NCBI GenBank assembly: GCA_045636385.1
Contig: JAZTXK010000002.1
Coordinates: forward strand, 15,644 to 79,643
Length of the DNA: 64,000 nucleotides
Direction: 5' to 3'
Source of the DNA: Eubacteriales bacterium
GTDB lineage: Bacteria > Bacillota > Clostridia > Oscillospirales > CAG-272
Shown here: positions 45,808-55,980 of the stretch, piece after piece
Layout of the letters: every line of letters begins with the position of its first letter
Numbering within the stretch: position 1 is the stretch's first letter
Notes under the pieces: generated by a model
Seen by the model: only the letters and a program-made list of their open reading frames with translations
Told to the model about the DNA's origin: nothing
Database searches by the model: none
Made by a program: the position numbers and the translations under genes

Positions 45808-46836
45808 ATGAAAAAATATCTGCTCCCCGAAACCGGTAACTTTTATAAAGCTAATCTTCACTGCCACACAACCGTTTCCGACGGAAACTGGACTCCCGAG
45901 GAAGTGAAAAAGAACTATATGGCAATGGGTTATTCCATCATCGCTTACACCGACCACGACGTCCTCATTCCCCACCCCGAGCTTGCGGACGAGAACTTCC
46001 TTCCACTCAACTCTTATGAAATGGAAGTAAACGCGCCCGGCAAGTGGGACAAGCACTGCAAGTGCTGCCATATGTGCTTCATCGCGCTTGAGCCCGACAA
46101 TATCACTCAGGTATGCTGGCACAGAAACAAGTACACCTGGGGCAACGCGAAGAATATTTACAGCTCGCAGGTCAAATTTGACGAAAACGAACCCGATTAC
46201 GAGCGCGTTTACTCCCCCGAGGGAATCAGCGATATGATGAAGCGCGGACGCGATGCAGGCTTCTTCGTAACCTACAACCATCCCGCGTGGTCGCTTGAAA
46301 CCGCACTTGATTTTGCCTTCTATGAGAATATGAACGCAATGGAGATCGTCAACGGAAGCTGCTATTTCCACGGCTATGACGATTACAACCCCGCGGCATA
46401 CGATACGATGCTTATGACCGGCAAGCGACTCTACTGCATCGCAACCGACGACAATCACGACGGTCAGCCCTTCGGTCATCCGGGTAACGACTCCTTCAAG
46501 GGCTGGACTATGATAAAAGCCGACAAGCTTGAATACAGAACCATCACCAAGGCACTCGAGGCGGGCAACTTCTACGCATCGCAGGGGCCCGAGATCAAGG
46601 CTCTTTGGTTTGAGGACGGCAAGGTTCACATCGAGTGCAGCGGTGCGAGAAGGATCACCGCAAACTACGGCGTTCGCAGAGGACGTAAGGTCGAGGCAAG
46701 AGGCGAGCTGATCACGTCTGCGGCATTCCCCTTCGATCCCGACGATAACTACATCCGCATCACCGTCGAGGACGAAAACGGCCTCCACGCAAATACCAAC
46801 GCGTATTTTGCGGATGAGATCTATAAAGATGAATAA
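45808..46836 (+). CDS. PHP-domain metal-dependent phosphoesterase
   Basis: The track start (45799) is a GTG. The ATG at 45808 follows GAGGTGA. Contains ANLHCHTTVSDG and YTDHD, the PHP His/Asp motifs. Confidence 0.75.
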   Translation: MKKYLLPETGNFYKANLHCHTTVSDGNWTPEEVKKNYMAMGYSIIAYTDHDVLIPHPELADENFLPLNSYEMEVNAPGKWDKHCKCCHMCFIALEPDNITQVCWHRNKYTWGNAKNIYSSQVKFDENEPDYERVYSPEGISDMMKRGRDAGFFVTYNHPAWSLETALDFAFYENMNAMEIVNGSCYFHGYDDYNPAAYDTMLMTGKRLYCIATDDNHDGQPFGHPGNDSFKGWTMIKADKLEYRTITKALEAGNFYASQGPEIKALWFEDGKVHIECSGARRITANYGVRRGRKVEARGELITSAAFPFDPDDNYIRITVEDENGLHANTNAYFADEIYKDE

Positions 46837-46844
46837 GTAAACGA

Positions 46845-46880
46845 AAAATGAACTATCGGCAAGATAGTTCATTTTTCTTC
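46845..46880 (+). terminator. intrinsic terminator after the PHP gene
   Basis: 13-bp arms AAAATGAACTATC / GATAGTTCATTTT (46845-46875), then TCTTC. Confidence 0.7.
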
Positions 46881-47018
46881 AAGACGGAAAAGGACCGACT
46901 TCCTGCGAAAATCCCCTTTCAAAGAGCCGCAAATTGCAGTTTTTATTTAAAATTTGAATGCTTTCCAAAAAAAATTGCATTTTATCCAAAAAAATTAAAA
47001 CAAATCGCGCAACAAGTA

Positions 47019-47047
47019 TTGAAATTTTATTAAAAATGTGATACAAT
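47019..47047 (+). promoter_or_regulatory. sigma-A promoter of the ABC/amidohydrolase operon
   Basis: -35 TTGAAA (47019-47024), 17-nt spacer, TG-extended -10 TACAAT (47042-47047). Confidence 0.6.
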
Positions 47048-47079
47048 TATTAAAACAAATTTCAAAGCGAGGTTTTATC

Positions 47080-49047
47080 ATGAAAAACACCTTCAAGCGC
47101 GCACTTGCTATGATGCTCGTGCTCTGTATGCTCCTCGTCGGTTTTGCAGGCTGCAAAGATAACGGCGGCGAGATCAATCCCGAACAGGCTATCAAAGACG
47201 CAGAGAAGATTCTTGCAAGCAAGGAATACAGAGATACCTACAAAACGTATTTCTCCACTTCTTATTCTTCCCTCAACTATTTCTCCACCTCCTACGCTAC
47301 CGTCCGTGAGATCGTTACCAACTGTATCGACGGACTCGTAGAGCCCGACATCTACGGCAACTACGTTGGCTCCATGGCTGAAAGCTGGGAACACAACGAA
47401 GATTACACCGTATGGACCTTCAAGATCCGTCAGGGTCTCAAGTGGATCGACCATACCGGTGCTGAAACCGAGTATGCTCTTACCGCACAGGACTTTGTTG
47501 ACGGTATCAAGTACATTGGCGATCCCCTCAACGGCGCATACTCCCTCCGCGTTGTCCGTAACCTTATCAAGGGTCTTTACGACTACTACTGGGGTCTCGA
47601 CGATATCGACTGCGGTCTTGACACCACCACCAAGCGTGAGGATCTTGAGGCTCGTTTCTCCGAGATCGTAGGCGTTAAGGCTATCGACGAGTACACCGTT
47701 GAGTACACTCTCGAATCCGGCGCTCCCTACTTCCTCTCTCTCATCGAAAGCTCCATGCTCCTCCTCCCCATTGAGTACGATTACGCAATGGCTCTCGGCG
47801 AGGACTTCGGCGTTGATAACACCAAGATGCTCTATTGCGGTGCTTACTACGTTTCCGAATTCAAGCGTGACAAGCTCATCAAGCTCACCAAGAACGAAAA
47901 GTATTGGGATGCTGCAAACGTAAATCTCACCACTGTTGAATACCAGATGATCCCCGACGGAACCACTTCTCTTGAAATGTTCCAGCGCGGCGAGCTCGAC
48001 TACACCTCCGTTGAGTCCGAGGCTTACCAGTCTCTCCAGAGCGGCGAGTGGGGCGATAACCTCATTCCCAACGAGTTCAGCTTCTCCACCAACTATCTCT
48101 GGCTCGACTTCAAGGGCGCTAACCCCGAGTTCAATACCTTCGTTCAGAACGAAAACTTCCGTAAGGCTCTTCAGCACGCTGTAAACCGTTCTTCCTTCGG
48201 CGCACTCCGTGAGCCCGTTGATCCTTCCAGACTCATTCGTAACACCATCAACGCAGAAGGCGCGATCTTCAACTCCCAGGGCGTTGACTACACCCAACTC
48301 GCTCCTCTCGCAGACGTAACAAACGCAGACTACAGTGCAGATCCCGAGGCAGCACGCAAGTTCATGGAAGCTGCTATCGCTGAGCTTTGCAACGCAGACG
48401 GCACCATCAAGGGCGTTACCGCAGGCGACGTTGATTATCTCCCCGTTATCAAGACTTCGGTTGACGGCAAGCTTCCCGTAACCCTCATCTACGTCGGAAC
48501 CGACGATGAGAGCGAGATTATTATGGCTCAGCTCTTCGAGGCAATGGTAGAGCAGGCTATCGGTCAGGATTACATCGACGTTGAGCTCGCATTCGACACT
48601 AGCGGAGACTTCTACGGCACCGTTGGCGGCAGCGTAGACGGCCCCTTCAACTACGATATCTACTGGGATTCCCTCTCCACCGGTTACGCAGATCCCTCCG
48701 GTATCCTCGGCAGAATCACCACCGAGGGCGTTGAGAACGTAGGCTCTTACACCGTTCCCGAGTATGATGCTCTTATCGAAAAGGCTCTCGCGGCTACCAC
48801 CTTCGACGAAAGACTTCAGTATTTCGCAGAGGCAGAGGCATTCCTTCTCAAGGGCGCATACATGATCCCCGTTATCTCCTCTCTCCGCGGCTACCACATG
48901 AGCTACGAGATCCCCTTCACCTCCCCCAGATGCCTCTACGGTAACGTACGCTTCAAGGGTCTGAAGGTTGCAACCGAAGCCCTCACTCTTGACGAGTACA
49001 AGATCCTCGAGGCTGCTTGGGAAGCAAACAAGGACGCACAGAACTGA
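47080..49047 (+). CDS. ABC transporter substrate-binding lipoprotein, family 5 (peptide/nickel type)
   Basis: The track start (47038) is a GTG. The ATG at 47080 gives MKNTFKRALAMMLVLCMLLVGFAGC (lipobox). AESWEHNEDYTVWTFKIRQGLKW is the SBP_bac_5 pattern. Confidence 0.88.
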   Translation: MKNTFKRALAMMLVLCMLLVGFAGCKDNGGEINPEQAIKDAEKILASKEYRDTYKTYFSTSYSSLNYFSTSYATVREIVTNCIDGLVEPDIYGNYVGSMAESWEHNEDYTVWTFKIRQGLKWIDHTGAETEYALTAQDFVDGIKYIGDPLNGAYSLRVVRNLIKGLYDYYWGLDDIDCGLDTTTKREDLEARFSEIVGVKAIDEYTVEYTLESGAPYFLSLIESSMLLLPIEYDYAMALGEDFGVDNTKMLYCGAYYVSEFKRDKLIKLTKNEKYWDAANVNLTTVEYQMIPDGTTSLEMFQRGELDYTSVESEAYQSLQSGEWGDNLIPNEFSFSTNYLWLDFKGANPEFNTFVQNENFRKALQHAVNRSSFGALREPVDPSRLIRNTINAEGAIFNSQGVDYTQLAPLADVTNADYSADPEAARKFMEAAIAELCNADGTIKGVTAGDVDYLPVIKTSVDGKLPVTLIYVGTDDESEIIMAQLFEAMVEQAIGQDYIDVELAFDTSGDFYGTVGGSVDGPFNYDIYWDSLSTGYADPSGILGRITTEGVENVGSYTVPEYDALIEKALAATTFDERLQYFAEAEAFLLKGAYMIPVISSLRGYHMSYEIPFTSPRCLYGNVRFKGLKVATEALTLDEYKILEAAWEANKDAQN

Positions 49048-49068
49048 TATTAAACTGAATTAAATAAT

Positions 49069-49110
49069 GCCGCTCCGTCCCCCAACCAATGCGGGCGGAG
49101 CGGCGTTTTC
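49069..49110 (+). terminator. GC-rich hairpin after the substrate-binding-protein gene (intra-operon attenuator / mRNA stabiliser)
   Basis: GCCGCTCCGTCCC ... GGGCGGAGCGGC followed by GTTTTC. It lies between the SBP stop (49047) and the permease start (49146). Confidence 0.6.
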
Positions 49111-49145
49111 AATCATCAACTTACTGATCGAAAGGATCGGGCCGT

Positions 49146-50078
49146 ATGACTAAATATATTCTCAAAAGACTCTTCCGTTCGCTGATAACGATCGCGATCG
49201 TATTCGTGGTGGTATTTATGCTTCTGCGCTTTATGCCCCTCAACGGATATTTTCCCGATGAAATGATCAAGGAAACAGATGAGCAGACCCGAATGACGTA
49301 TCTGCGAAATCTCGGACTTCTCGATCATCCGATAGTTCAGCTCGGACGCTTCGTTAAAAATCTTTTCAAGGGTGACCTTGGACGAAGCATAACCGTATAT
49401 CCCAAGGTTCCCATCACCACACTCCTTGCGGAAAAGATTCCCGTAACCGCCTTTCTCGGCTTCTGGTCGATGCTCCTCGGTATCGTCGCAGGACTTGCAA
49501 TGGGTCTTATGATGGTACGCTTCCGCGACAGAGCGGGAGACACACTCGGCAACGGATACATAATGATCATCCGCGCCGTACCCAGCTTGCTTTACCTCTT
49601 CTTCATTCAGGTGCAGATATCCAAATGGTTCAATCTGCCTATGGTTTATTACGATGACAAGCCTCTTTCCTGGCTGCTCCCCATCATCAGCCTTGCGCTC
49701 TCGAGCATCGCGTGGTACGCGCTGTGGCTGCGCAGATTTATGGTTGACGAGGAAAATCAGGATTACGTTAAATTCGCAACCGTCAAGGGACTCTCAAAGA
49801 GCGCGGTGCTGAAAAAGCACATCTTCCGCAACGCGATCATCCCGCTTTCCGCATACCTTCCCGCAGACCTCCTCAACATCATCTCGGGCTCGCTCGTCAT
49901 CGAGACGCTTTACGCGATCCCCGGCACCGGCGGTCTTCTCACCACCGCGATCAAGCAGCAGGATAACAATCTTGTGCAGATACTCGTGCTTATGTATGCA
50001 GTAATGTCTATCCTCGGAGTGTTCCTCGGCGACATCCTGCTCACCTTCGTAGACCCCAGAATTAAACTTGCAGATTAA
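49146..50078 (+). CDS. ABC transporter permease (OppB/DppB type)
   Basis: 310 aa. Begins MTKYILKRLFRSLITI, the typical N-terminus. Polytopic. Confidence 0.9.
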   Translation: MTKYILKRLFRSLITIAIVFVVVFMLLRFMPLNGYFPDEMIKETDEQTRMTYLRNLGLLDHPIVQLGRFVKNLFKGDLGRSITVYPKVPITTLLAEKIPVTAFLGFWSMLLGIVAGLAMGLMMVRFRDRAGDTLGNGYIMIIRAVPSLLYLFFIQVQISKWFNLPMVYYDDKPLSWLLPIISLALSSIAWYALWLRRFMVDEENQDYVKFATVKGLSKSAVLKKHIFRNAIIPLSAYLPADLLNIISGSLVIETLYAIPGTGGLLTTAIKQQDNNLVQILVLMYAVMSILGVFLGDILLTFVDPRIKLAD

Positions 50079-50105
50079 TAATTATTTCAAATTACCGGAG
50101 TCATT

Positions 50106-51065
50106 ATGAACCATTCCGAAAAGAAATTAAATTCATTACATAATTCTCTGATGCGCGATCAGTCTCTGTTTGAGGCGGCTGAGTTCAGCGCAACGGAAAG
50201 CGAAAAGACGGGTGCCTCCAATTATTCATATTGGAGATCGACCCTTCGCACCTTCTTTAAGTCAAAGGCAGTTATCGCGCTTTGCGTGCTTGTATCGATC
50301 ATACTGCTTATGAGCTTTTTATACCCCCTGATCTCGCCCATTGATCCCACCAAGGTATCGATCAATCCCCTTGACTGGAACCACCGTCCGAGCTTCAAGC
50401 ACCCCTTCGGCACCGATGCACTCGGCAGAGATATCTTCGCCCGCGCGTGGTACGGCTGCCGCAATTCCTTCATCCTCGCATTCTGCATCGCTCTTTCCGA
50501 CGTCGGAATCGGTATGATAATGGGTGCACTTTGGGGCTACAATAAAAAGCTCGACCCCATTATGATCGAGGTTTACAACATTATGACCAACGTCCCCTCG
50601 ACAGTTTACCTCGTTCTGCTTGCTTATATTATGAACACGAGCTTTATCACGCTGTTCATATCAATGGCATCGCGCGGCTGGATCGTTGAAGCGCGCTTCT
50701 TCCGTAACAGAATTCTCTCTATCCGTGATGCCGAATACAATATCGCATCGCAGTGCCTCGGCACGCCTATGCGCCGAATTGCAACCCGTAATATCATTCC
50801 TCACATCATCAGCCTTATCATTATGGAAGCCGCACTCTGCATTCCCTACTCGATCGGCTCCGAGGTGTTCCTCGGCTTCGTCGGCGTAGGTATGCCGGTT
50901 GACGCGATCACCCTTGGTAATATGGTCAACCACGGACGCGCATCCTTCACACTTCACCCCTACCAGATGCTTCTGCCCGCTGCCGTTCTTTGCATCATCA
51001 CGGTTGCCTTCTACTACCTCGGCAACAAGTTCGCAGACGCATCCGACCCCAGAAACCACGTATAA
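50106..51065 (+). CDS. ABC transporter permease (OppC/DppC type)
   Basis: 319 aa. Contains HPFGTDALGRDIFAR, the typical periplasmic loop motif. Confidence 0.9.
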   Translation: MNHSEKKLNSLHNSLMRDQSLFEAAEFSATESEKTGASNYSYWRSTLRTFFKSKAVIALCVLVSIILLMSFLYPLISPIDPTKVSINPLDWNHRPSFKHPFGTDALGRDIFARAWYGCRNSFILAFCIALSDVGIGMIMGALWGYNKKLDPIMIEVYNIMTNVPSTVYLVLLAYIMNTSFITLFISMASRGWIVEARFFRNRILSIRDAEYNIASQCLGTPMRRIATRNIIPHIISLIIMEAALCIPYSIGSEVFLGFVGVGMPVDAITLGNMVNHGRASFTLHPYQMLLPAAVLCIITVAFYYLGNKFADASDPRNHV

Positions 51066-51077
51066 AGGAGCACTGAT

Positions 51078-53177
51078 ATGAAAAAGAAGAACAATACAGC
51101 GCTCCCCGTTGAAAGCATAGAGCTTACGCCCGAAGAGCTCGCCGCTTTAGAGCGCGAAAGGGAGATCATCGACCAAAGTGCTCCATATCACAACGGCGAG
51201 AGATTACTCTCCGCAAGAGGCGTCAAGGTCAATTTCAACCTTCGCGGCGCAGAGCTGACCGCCATCCGCGGTGCTTCGCTCGACGTTTACGAAGGCGAGA
51301 CACTCGCTATCGTCGGCGAATCGGGCTCGGGTAAATCGGTATTCACCAAAACCTTCCTCGGCATGCTCGACAAAAACGGGCGCATCACGGGCGGTGAGCT
51401 TTGGTTCCACGGCGAGGATATGGTCAAATACACAAGCGAGGAGCAATGGCTCAAGGTACGCGGCAAAAAGATCGCAATGGTCTTCCAAGACCCTATGACC
51501 TCCCTCAACCCCGTCCGTACGATCGGAGAACAGATCGCCGAGGTCATTATGTGGCATTTCGGCAAATCCCACGACGAGGCGAAGGCCGAAACGATCGAGC
51601 TTCTCGCAAAAGTCGGAATCCCCGAGCCCGAAAAGAGATACAAGCAGTATCCCGGTCAGTTCTCCGGCGGTATGCGTCAGCGAGTTGTTATCGCAACAGC
51701 GATCGCCTGCAGACCTGAAATCCTCATCTGCGACGAGCCTACCACCGCACTTGACGTTACCGTTCAGGCGCAGGTACTCGACCTTATAAAATCGCTCCAG
51801 AAGGAGCTCAAGATGAGCGTCGTGTTCATCACTCACGACCTCGGCGTCGTTGCTAACGTAGCCGATTGGGTTGCGGTAATGTACGCGGGCAAGATCGTCG
51901 AGTACGGAAACGTACACGATATTTTCAAATCTCCCGAGCATCCCTACACCAAAGCACTTCTCCGTTCCCTTCCCCAGCTCGGAACCAAGGGCAACGATCT
52001 CTATTCGATCCACGGCACACCTCCCAGCCTCTTCAAGAAGATCGTCGGCGATGCCTTTGCACCGAGAAACGTCGATGCAATGAAGATCGACTTCGAGGAA
52101 GAGCCTCCCGTTTTCCCCGTCAGCGACACACATTGGGCAAGGACTTGGCTCCTCTCCCCGCAAGCGGCGGATTATCGTGCCGCACTTATCAAGCGTGATG
52201 CAGAGCTTCACGAAAAACAGATCCCCGAAGCCCCCTTTGATTACACAAACGCAGAAAAGCTTATCACCGTCCGTGATCTTTCGGTAAAGTTCAAGGTCGC
52301 AGGCAGTATCTTCCGCGCAGTTGACGGCGTAAGCTTTGATATTTATAAAGGAGAAACCCTCTCGCTCGTTGGCGAATCAGGCTCGGGTAAGACCACCATC
52401 GGCCGCGCGATAATGCGCATCTATACAAACAACGTCGACGGTGAAGTCAAGTTCGGCGGCTCCAAGATCACCGGAAAGCTCTCCCGCGCCGATAAAAAGA
52501 AGCTGCATATGCAAATGCAGATGATCTTCCAGGACCCCATGGCGTCACACAACGAGCGCGCCAAGGTCGACTACATCATCTCCGAGGGACTTTACAATTA
52601 CCACCTCTACGAAAGCGAGGAGGACAGAATCGCAAAGGTCGAAAGCATCCTCTCCGAGGTTGGTCTGACCGGCGAATTCACCTCCCGATTCCCGCACGAA
52701 TTCTCGGGCGGTCAGCGCCAGAGAATCGGTATTGCGCGTAGCCTTATTATGAACCCCGACTTCCTCGTTGCAGACGAGCCGATATCCGCGCTTGACGTTT
52801 CGATCCGAGCGCAGGTAATCAATCTGCTCAATAAGATGAAGCGCGAGCGTAAGCTTACCTACCTCTTCATCGCACACGACCTCTCCGCCGTCAGATTCAT
52901 TTCCGACCGCATTGCCGTAATCCACAAGGGTCACCTCGTTGAGCTTGCTCCCGCAGAGGAGCTCTTCGCGCACCCGCTTCATCCCTACACAAAGGCTCTG
53001 CTTTCGGCAGTTCCCCATCCCGATCCCGACACCGAGCGCGACAAGGTGCTCGTGAAATACGATCCCGCTATGCACGATTACTCGGAGGATAAGCCCATCT
53101 GGACAGAGATCACCCCCGGCCACTTCATCTATGCCAACGCAAAAGAGCTGGAAGGATACAGGAATGCGATCTCCTGA
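51078..53177 (+). CDS. fused tandem ABC ATPase (OppD-OppF-like in one polypeptide)
   Basis: 699 aa with two Walker A motifs ([18 protein letters not shown]) and two signature motifs ([16 protein letters not shown]). Confidence 0.92.
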   Translation: MKKKNNTALPVESIELTPEELAALEREREIIDQSAPYHNGERLLSARGVKVNFNLRGAELTAIRGASLDVYEGETLAIVGESGSGKSVFTKTFLGMLDKNGRITGGELWFHGEDMVKYTSEEQWLKVRGKKIAMVFQDPMTSLNPVRTIGEQIAEVIMWHFGKSHDEAKAETIELLAKVGIPEPEKRYKQYPGQFSGGMRQRVVIATAIACRPEILICDEPTTALDVTVQAQVLDLIKSLQKELKMSVVFITHDLGVVANVADWVAVMYAGKIVEYGNVHDIFKSPEHPYTKALLRSLPQLGTKGNDLYSIHGTPPSLFKKIVGDAFAPRNVDAMKIDFEEEPPVFPVSDTHWARTWLLSPQAADYRAALIKRDAELHEKQIPEAPFDYTNAEKLITVRDLSVKFKVAGSIFRAVDGVSFDIYKGETLSLVGESGSGKTTIGRAIMRIYTNNVDGEVKFGGSKITGKLSRADKKKLHMQMQMIFQDPMASHNERAKVDYIISEGLYNYHLYESEEDRIAKVESILSEVGLTGEFTSRFPHEFSGGQRQRIGIARSLIMNPDFLVADEPISALDVSIRAQVINLLNKMKRERKLTYLFIAHDLSAVRFISDRIAVIHKGHLVELAPAEELFAHPLHPYTKALLSAVPHPDPDTERDKVLVKYDPAMHDYSEDKPIWTEITPGHFIYANAKELEGYRNAIS

Positions 53178-53631
53178 TAATAAGATGACACCTGCAGAGG
53201 CTAAAACCTACCGTCTGGTGCTCTTCCGCAGAACATTTTCCTGCTTCGGCACGGGACTTGTCATATCCGCTATCGTCGGAGGTATATACCGCGACCGAAT
53301 GCACTTTATCTGGGCACTTTGTGCCGCAGGAGCAATACTCATCGCATGCGGTTGGTTTGAATACCTGAAAATGACCGATTCGCTCCCATTTTTTCATAAT
53401 CGCAAATCCAAAAAGATAAAAACTCCTTACGCTTGGCGCAAGGAGAAGGAACAGAAGCGGCATAAGCCCGCATTTATGCAAAAAAGCGAGGATTTTGAGG
53501 ACGATCTCACTCCCGAGACCACCGCAGACATCGAGATTTTCAGCGAAAAACGGCGTTCTTACGCGCTGATAATCTCGCGCGTCGCGGCGGGAATTCTGCT
53601 TTTGATCGCATCTTTCGTAATTCCCCAATAA
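53164..53631 (+). CDS. small membrane protein, unknown function
   Basis: The track start at 53131 would overlap the ATPase gene by 47 nt. The ATG at 53164 follows GGAAGGA. It has three hydrophobic helices and a basic central loop. The start is uncertain. Confidence 0.45.
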   Translation: MRSPDNKMTPAEAKTYRLVLFRRTFSCFGTGLVISAIVGGIYRDRMHFIWALCAAGAILIACGWFEYLKMTDSLPFFHNRKSKKIKTPYAWRKEKEQKRHKPAFMQKSEDFEDDLTPETTADIEIFSEKRRSYALIISRVAAGILLLIASFVIPQ

Positions 53632-53646
53632 AAAGGAGAAATAAAA

Positions 53647-54786
53647 ATGATTCGTATACAGAACGGTCTGCTGCACACGGTTGAATGCGGCAGTTACCAA
53701 AACGGTTACGTTGATATTGAAAACGGCAAGATCATCGCCTTCGGTGCGCTTGCCGATGCTCCCGCTTTTGACGGTGAGATATTTGACGCCGAGGGCGGAT
53801 TCATCTTCCCCGGTATGATCGACGCGCACTCCCACATCGGTATTTCCGAGGAGGGCAAGCGTTGGGAGGGTGAGGACTGCAACGAAACTACCAATCCCGT
53901 CACCCCCGATATGCGCGTAATGGACGGCTTTTATCCTTTTGATATCGCTATCCCGAAGGCAAGACGCGCGGGCATCACGACCGTCAACGCCTGCCCCGGC
54001 TCAACTAACGTCATAGGCGGTCAGACCGCCGCCGTTAAGCTTTACGGCAGAAATATCGCCGATATGGTCATCAAGACCCCCGCCGCAATGAAGTGCGCTA
54101 TGGGTGAAAATCCCAAGCGAAATTACGGTGAATCGGGCGGTTCTTCCCCCATGACCCGTATGGCGATCGCCGCCATCTTCCGCAGAACAATGGTTGAAGC
54201 AAAACGCTATATGGCAAAGAAGGAAAAGGGCGACGACGTTTTTGATGCAAAATACGAGGCTCTTATCCCTATGCTCAAGCGCGAGATCCCCATGCACGTT
54301 CACGCGCACCGAAGTGACGACATTCTCACCGCGATCCGCCTTGCAGAGGAATTCAATCTCCGTTGCGTAACCGTCCATACCACGGGCGGCTCGGATATTA
54401 TCGAAGAGATCGCACGCGCGGGCATAATGCCCATCGTCGGTCCCTGCATCGGTCCCGCAGGTAAACCCGAAACTGTCGGCGGAAACCTTGCAATGTGTGC
54501 GGAACTTGCACGCGCGGGCGTTGAGTTTACCCTCACGACCGACCACGACGTTTGCGCGCTCTGGATGCTTCCCTACTTCGCAGGTCTTGCGGTCCGCGAA
54601 GGACTCGACGAGCAAGCGGCATTCCGCGCGATCACCCTCAACGGCGCAAAGGTCTGCGGAATCGAAGATCGTGTCGGCTCGATCAAGGTCGGAAAGGACG
54701 CCGACATCGTCGTTTACAACGGACATCCCTTCCACTATCTGACCAAAACACGCGCTGTCTTTATGGATGGTAAGCAGGTAGACTGA
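53647..54786 (+). CDS. metal-dependent amidohydrolase (COG1228-like)
   Basis: 379 aa with GMIDAHSHIG and the later HAH and TDH metal-ligand motifs. Confidence 0.8.
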   Translation: MIRIQNGLLHTVECGSYQNGYVDIENGKIIAFGALADAPAFDGEIFDAEGGFIFPGMIDAHSHIGISEEGKRWEGEDCNETTNPVTPDMRVMDGFYPFDIAIPKARRAGITTVNACPGSTNVIGGQTAAVKLYGRNIADMVIKTPAAMKCAMGENPKRNYGESGGSSPMTRMAIAAIFRRTMVEAKRYMAKKEKGDDVFDAKYEALIPMLKREIPMHVHAHRSDDILTAIRLAEEFNLRCVTVHTTGGSDIIEEIARAGIMPIVGPCIGPAGKPETVGGNLAMCAELARAGVEFTLTTDHDVCALWMLPYFAGLAVREGLDEQAAFRAITLNGAKVCGIEDRVGSIKVGKDADIVVYNGHPFHYLTKTRAVFMDGKQVD

Positions 54787-55937
54787 TGAATATTTCTTCC
54801 GAAATAGAGCGCGTTCTGCCCCGAGTTATTGAGATTCGCAGACACGTGCACATGTACCCCGAGCTTTCGGGCGAGGAAAGAGAAACCACCGCGTACCTTT
54901 GTGACGTTCTTGATAAAAACGGAATTTCATATACCATCCTGCCCGACAACTGCGGAGTCGTAGCTTCCGTTGGCACGGGCGACTATGCCGTCGGTGTACG
55001 CGCCGAGCTTGATGCTCTGCCGATCACCGAGGAGACGGGACTTGAATACGCTTCCCGAAACATCGGAGTTATGCACGCCTGCGGGCACGATATCCACTTC
55101 GCCGCGGCGCTCGGACTTCTTCTCTTGCTCAAACCGCACGAAAGCGAGCTTGATCACGCGATAAAAGTCTTCTTCCAACCCGCGGAGGAAACCGTGGGCG
55201 GAGCGGACGATATGATCCGGCACGGATGTATGCAGAATCCCGAAGTACGCGAAGTTTTCGGATTTCATATAGCGCCGACCGATAAAGTTGGAACGGTTGC
55301 ATATCTCCCGGGTGCAATGAATGCGGCTGTCACCGATTTTGAGTTGACCGTTCGAGGACGCTCGTGCCACGGCGCACACCCCGAGCAGGGCATCGACGCG
55401 ATCGTTGCCGCCGCGGGCATCGTTAGTGCATTACAATCGGTTCCTTCACGCAGATTTGCCCCCACCACGCCCACTATCGTAACGATAGGAACGATAAACG
55501 GCGGCACAGCGGGCAACGTAGTTGCTGGCGAAGTCAAAATGAACGGAACTCTGCGCGCGCTCGATATGGGCGTTATAGCTGAACTCAAAAAGATCGTGCG
55601 CGAGACTTGCGAAAACGCCGCACAAGGCTTCGGAGCCGTGGCAGAGATCAATTACACCACAGAATATCCCGTGCTTTACAACGATTCTTCGCTGACCGAG
55701 AGCACTATCCAAAAGATCGGCAAATTGCTCGGCGAAGAAAAAGTGCAGAAGATGGACGCCGCCAGCCTCGGCGCCGACGATTTCGCATTTTTCTGTAAGC
55801 ACGCACGCTGCTGTTATTTCAACATCGGATGCCGCGGTGAAAACCATGGCGACGAGCAGGTGCTTCACAGCTCTTGTCTTACCCCCGACGAGGATTCCCT
55901 CCGCATCGTGCTTGAAATTCTTTGTGAAATAATATAA
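54786..55937 (+). CDS. M20D-family amidohydrolase (N-acyl-amino acid / hippurate hydrolase type)
   Basis: 383 aa with MHACGHDIH and FQPAEE motifs. Its start overlaps the preceding stop by 1 nt. Confidence 0.88.
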   Translation: MNISSEIERVLPRVIEIRRHVHMYPELSGEERETTAYLCDVLDKNGISYTILPDNCGVVASVGTGDYAVGVRAELDALPITEETGLEYASRNIGVMHACGHDIHFAAALGLLLLLKPHESELDHAIKVFFQPAEETVGGADDMIRHGCMQNPEVREVFGFHIAPTDKVGTVAYLPGAMNAAVTDFELTVRGRSCHGAHPEQGIDAIVAAAGIVSALQSVPSRRFAPTTPTIVTIGTINGGTAGNVVAGEVKMNGTLRALDMGVIAELKKIVRETCENAAQGFGAVAEINYTTEYPVLYNDSSLTESTIQKIGKLLGEEKVQKMDAASLGADDFAFFCKHARCCYFNIGCRGENHGDEQVLHSSCLTPDEDSLRIVLEILCEII

Positions 55938-55943
55938 ACGCAA

Positions 55944-55980
55944 ATCCCGTATCTGCAAAACAGACACGGGATCGTTTTTA
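55944..55980 (+). terminator. terminator after the M20 amidohydrolase gene (end of the ABC operon)
   Basis: ATCCCGTaTCTG-CAAAA-CAGAcACGGGAT with one mismatch, then CGTTTTTA. Confidence 0.6.

Noticed and set aside
45721-46872. 383-aa minus-strand ORF
   Set aside because: It is antisense to and codon-aligned with the PHP-domain gene (HCHTTVSDG, YTDHD). It runs across that gene's promoter and terminator.
47062-48897. 611-aa minus-strand ORF
   Set aside because: It is antisense to and codon-aligned with the family-5 substrate-binding lipoprotein gene. Shadow ORF.
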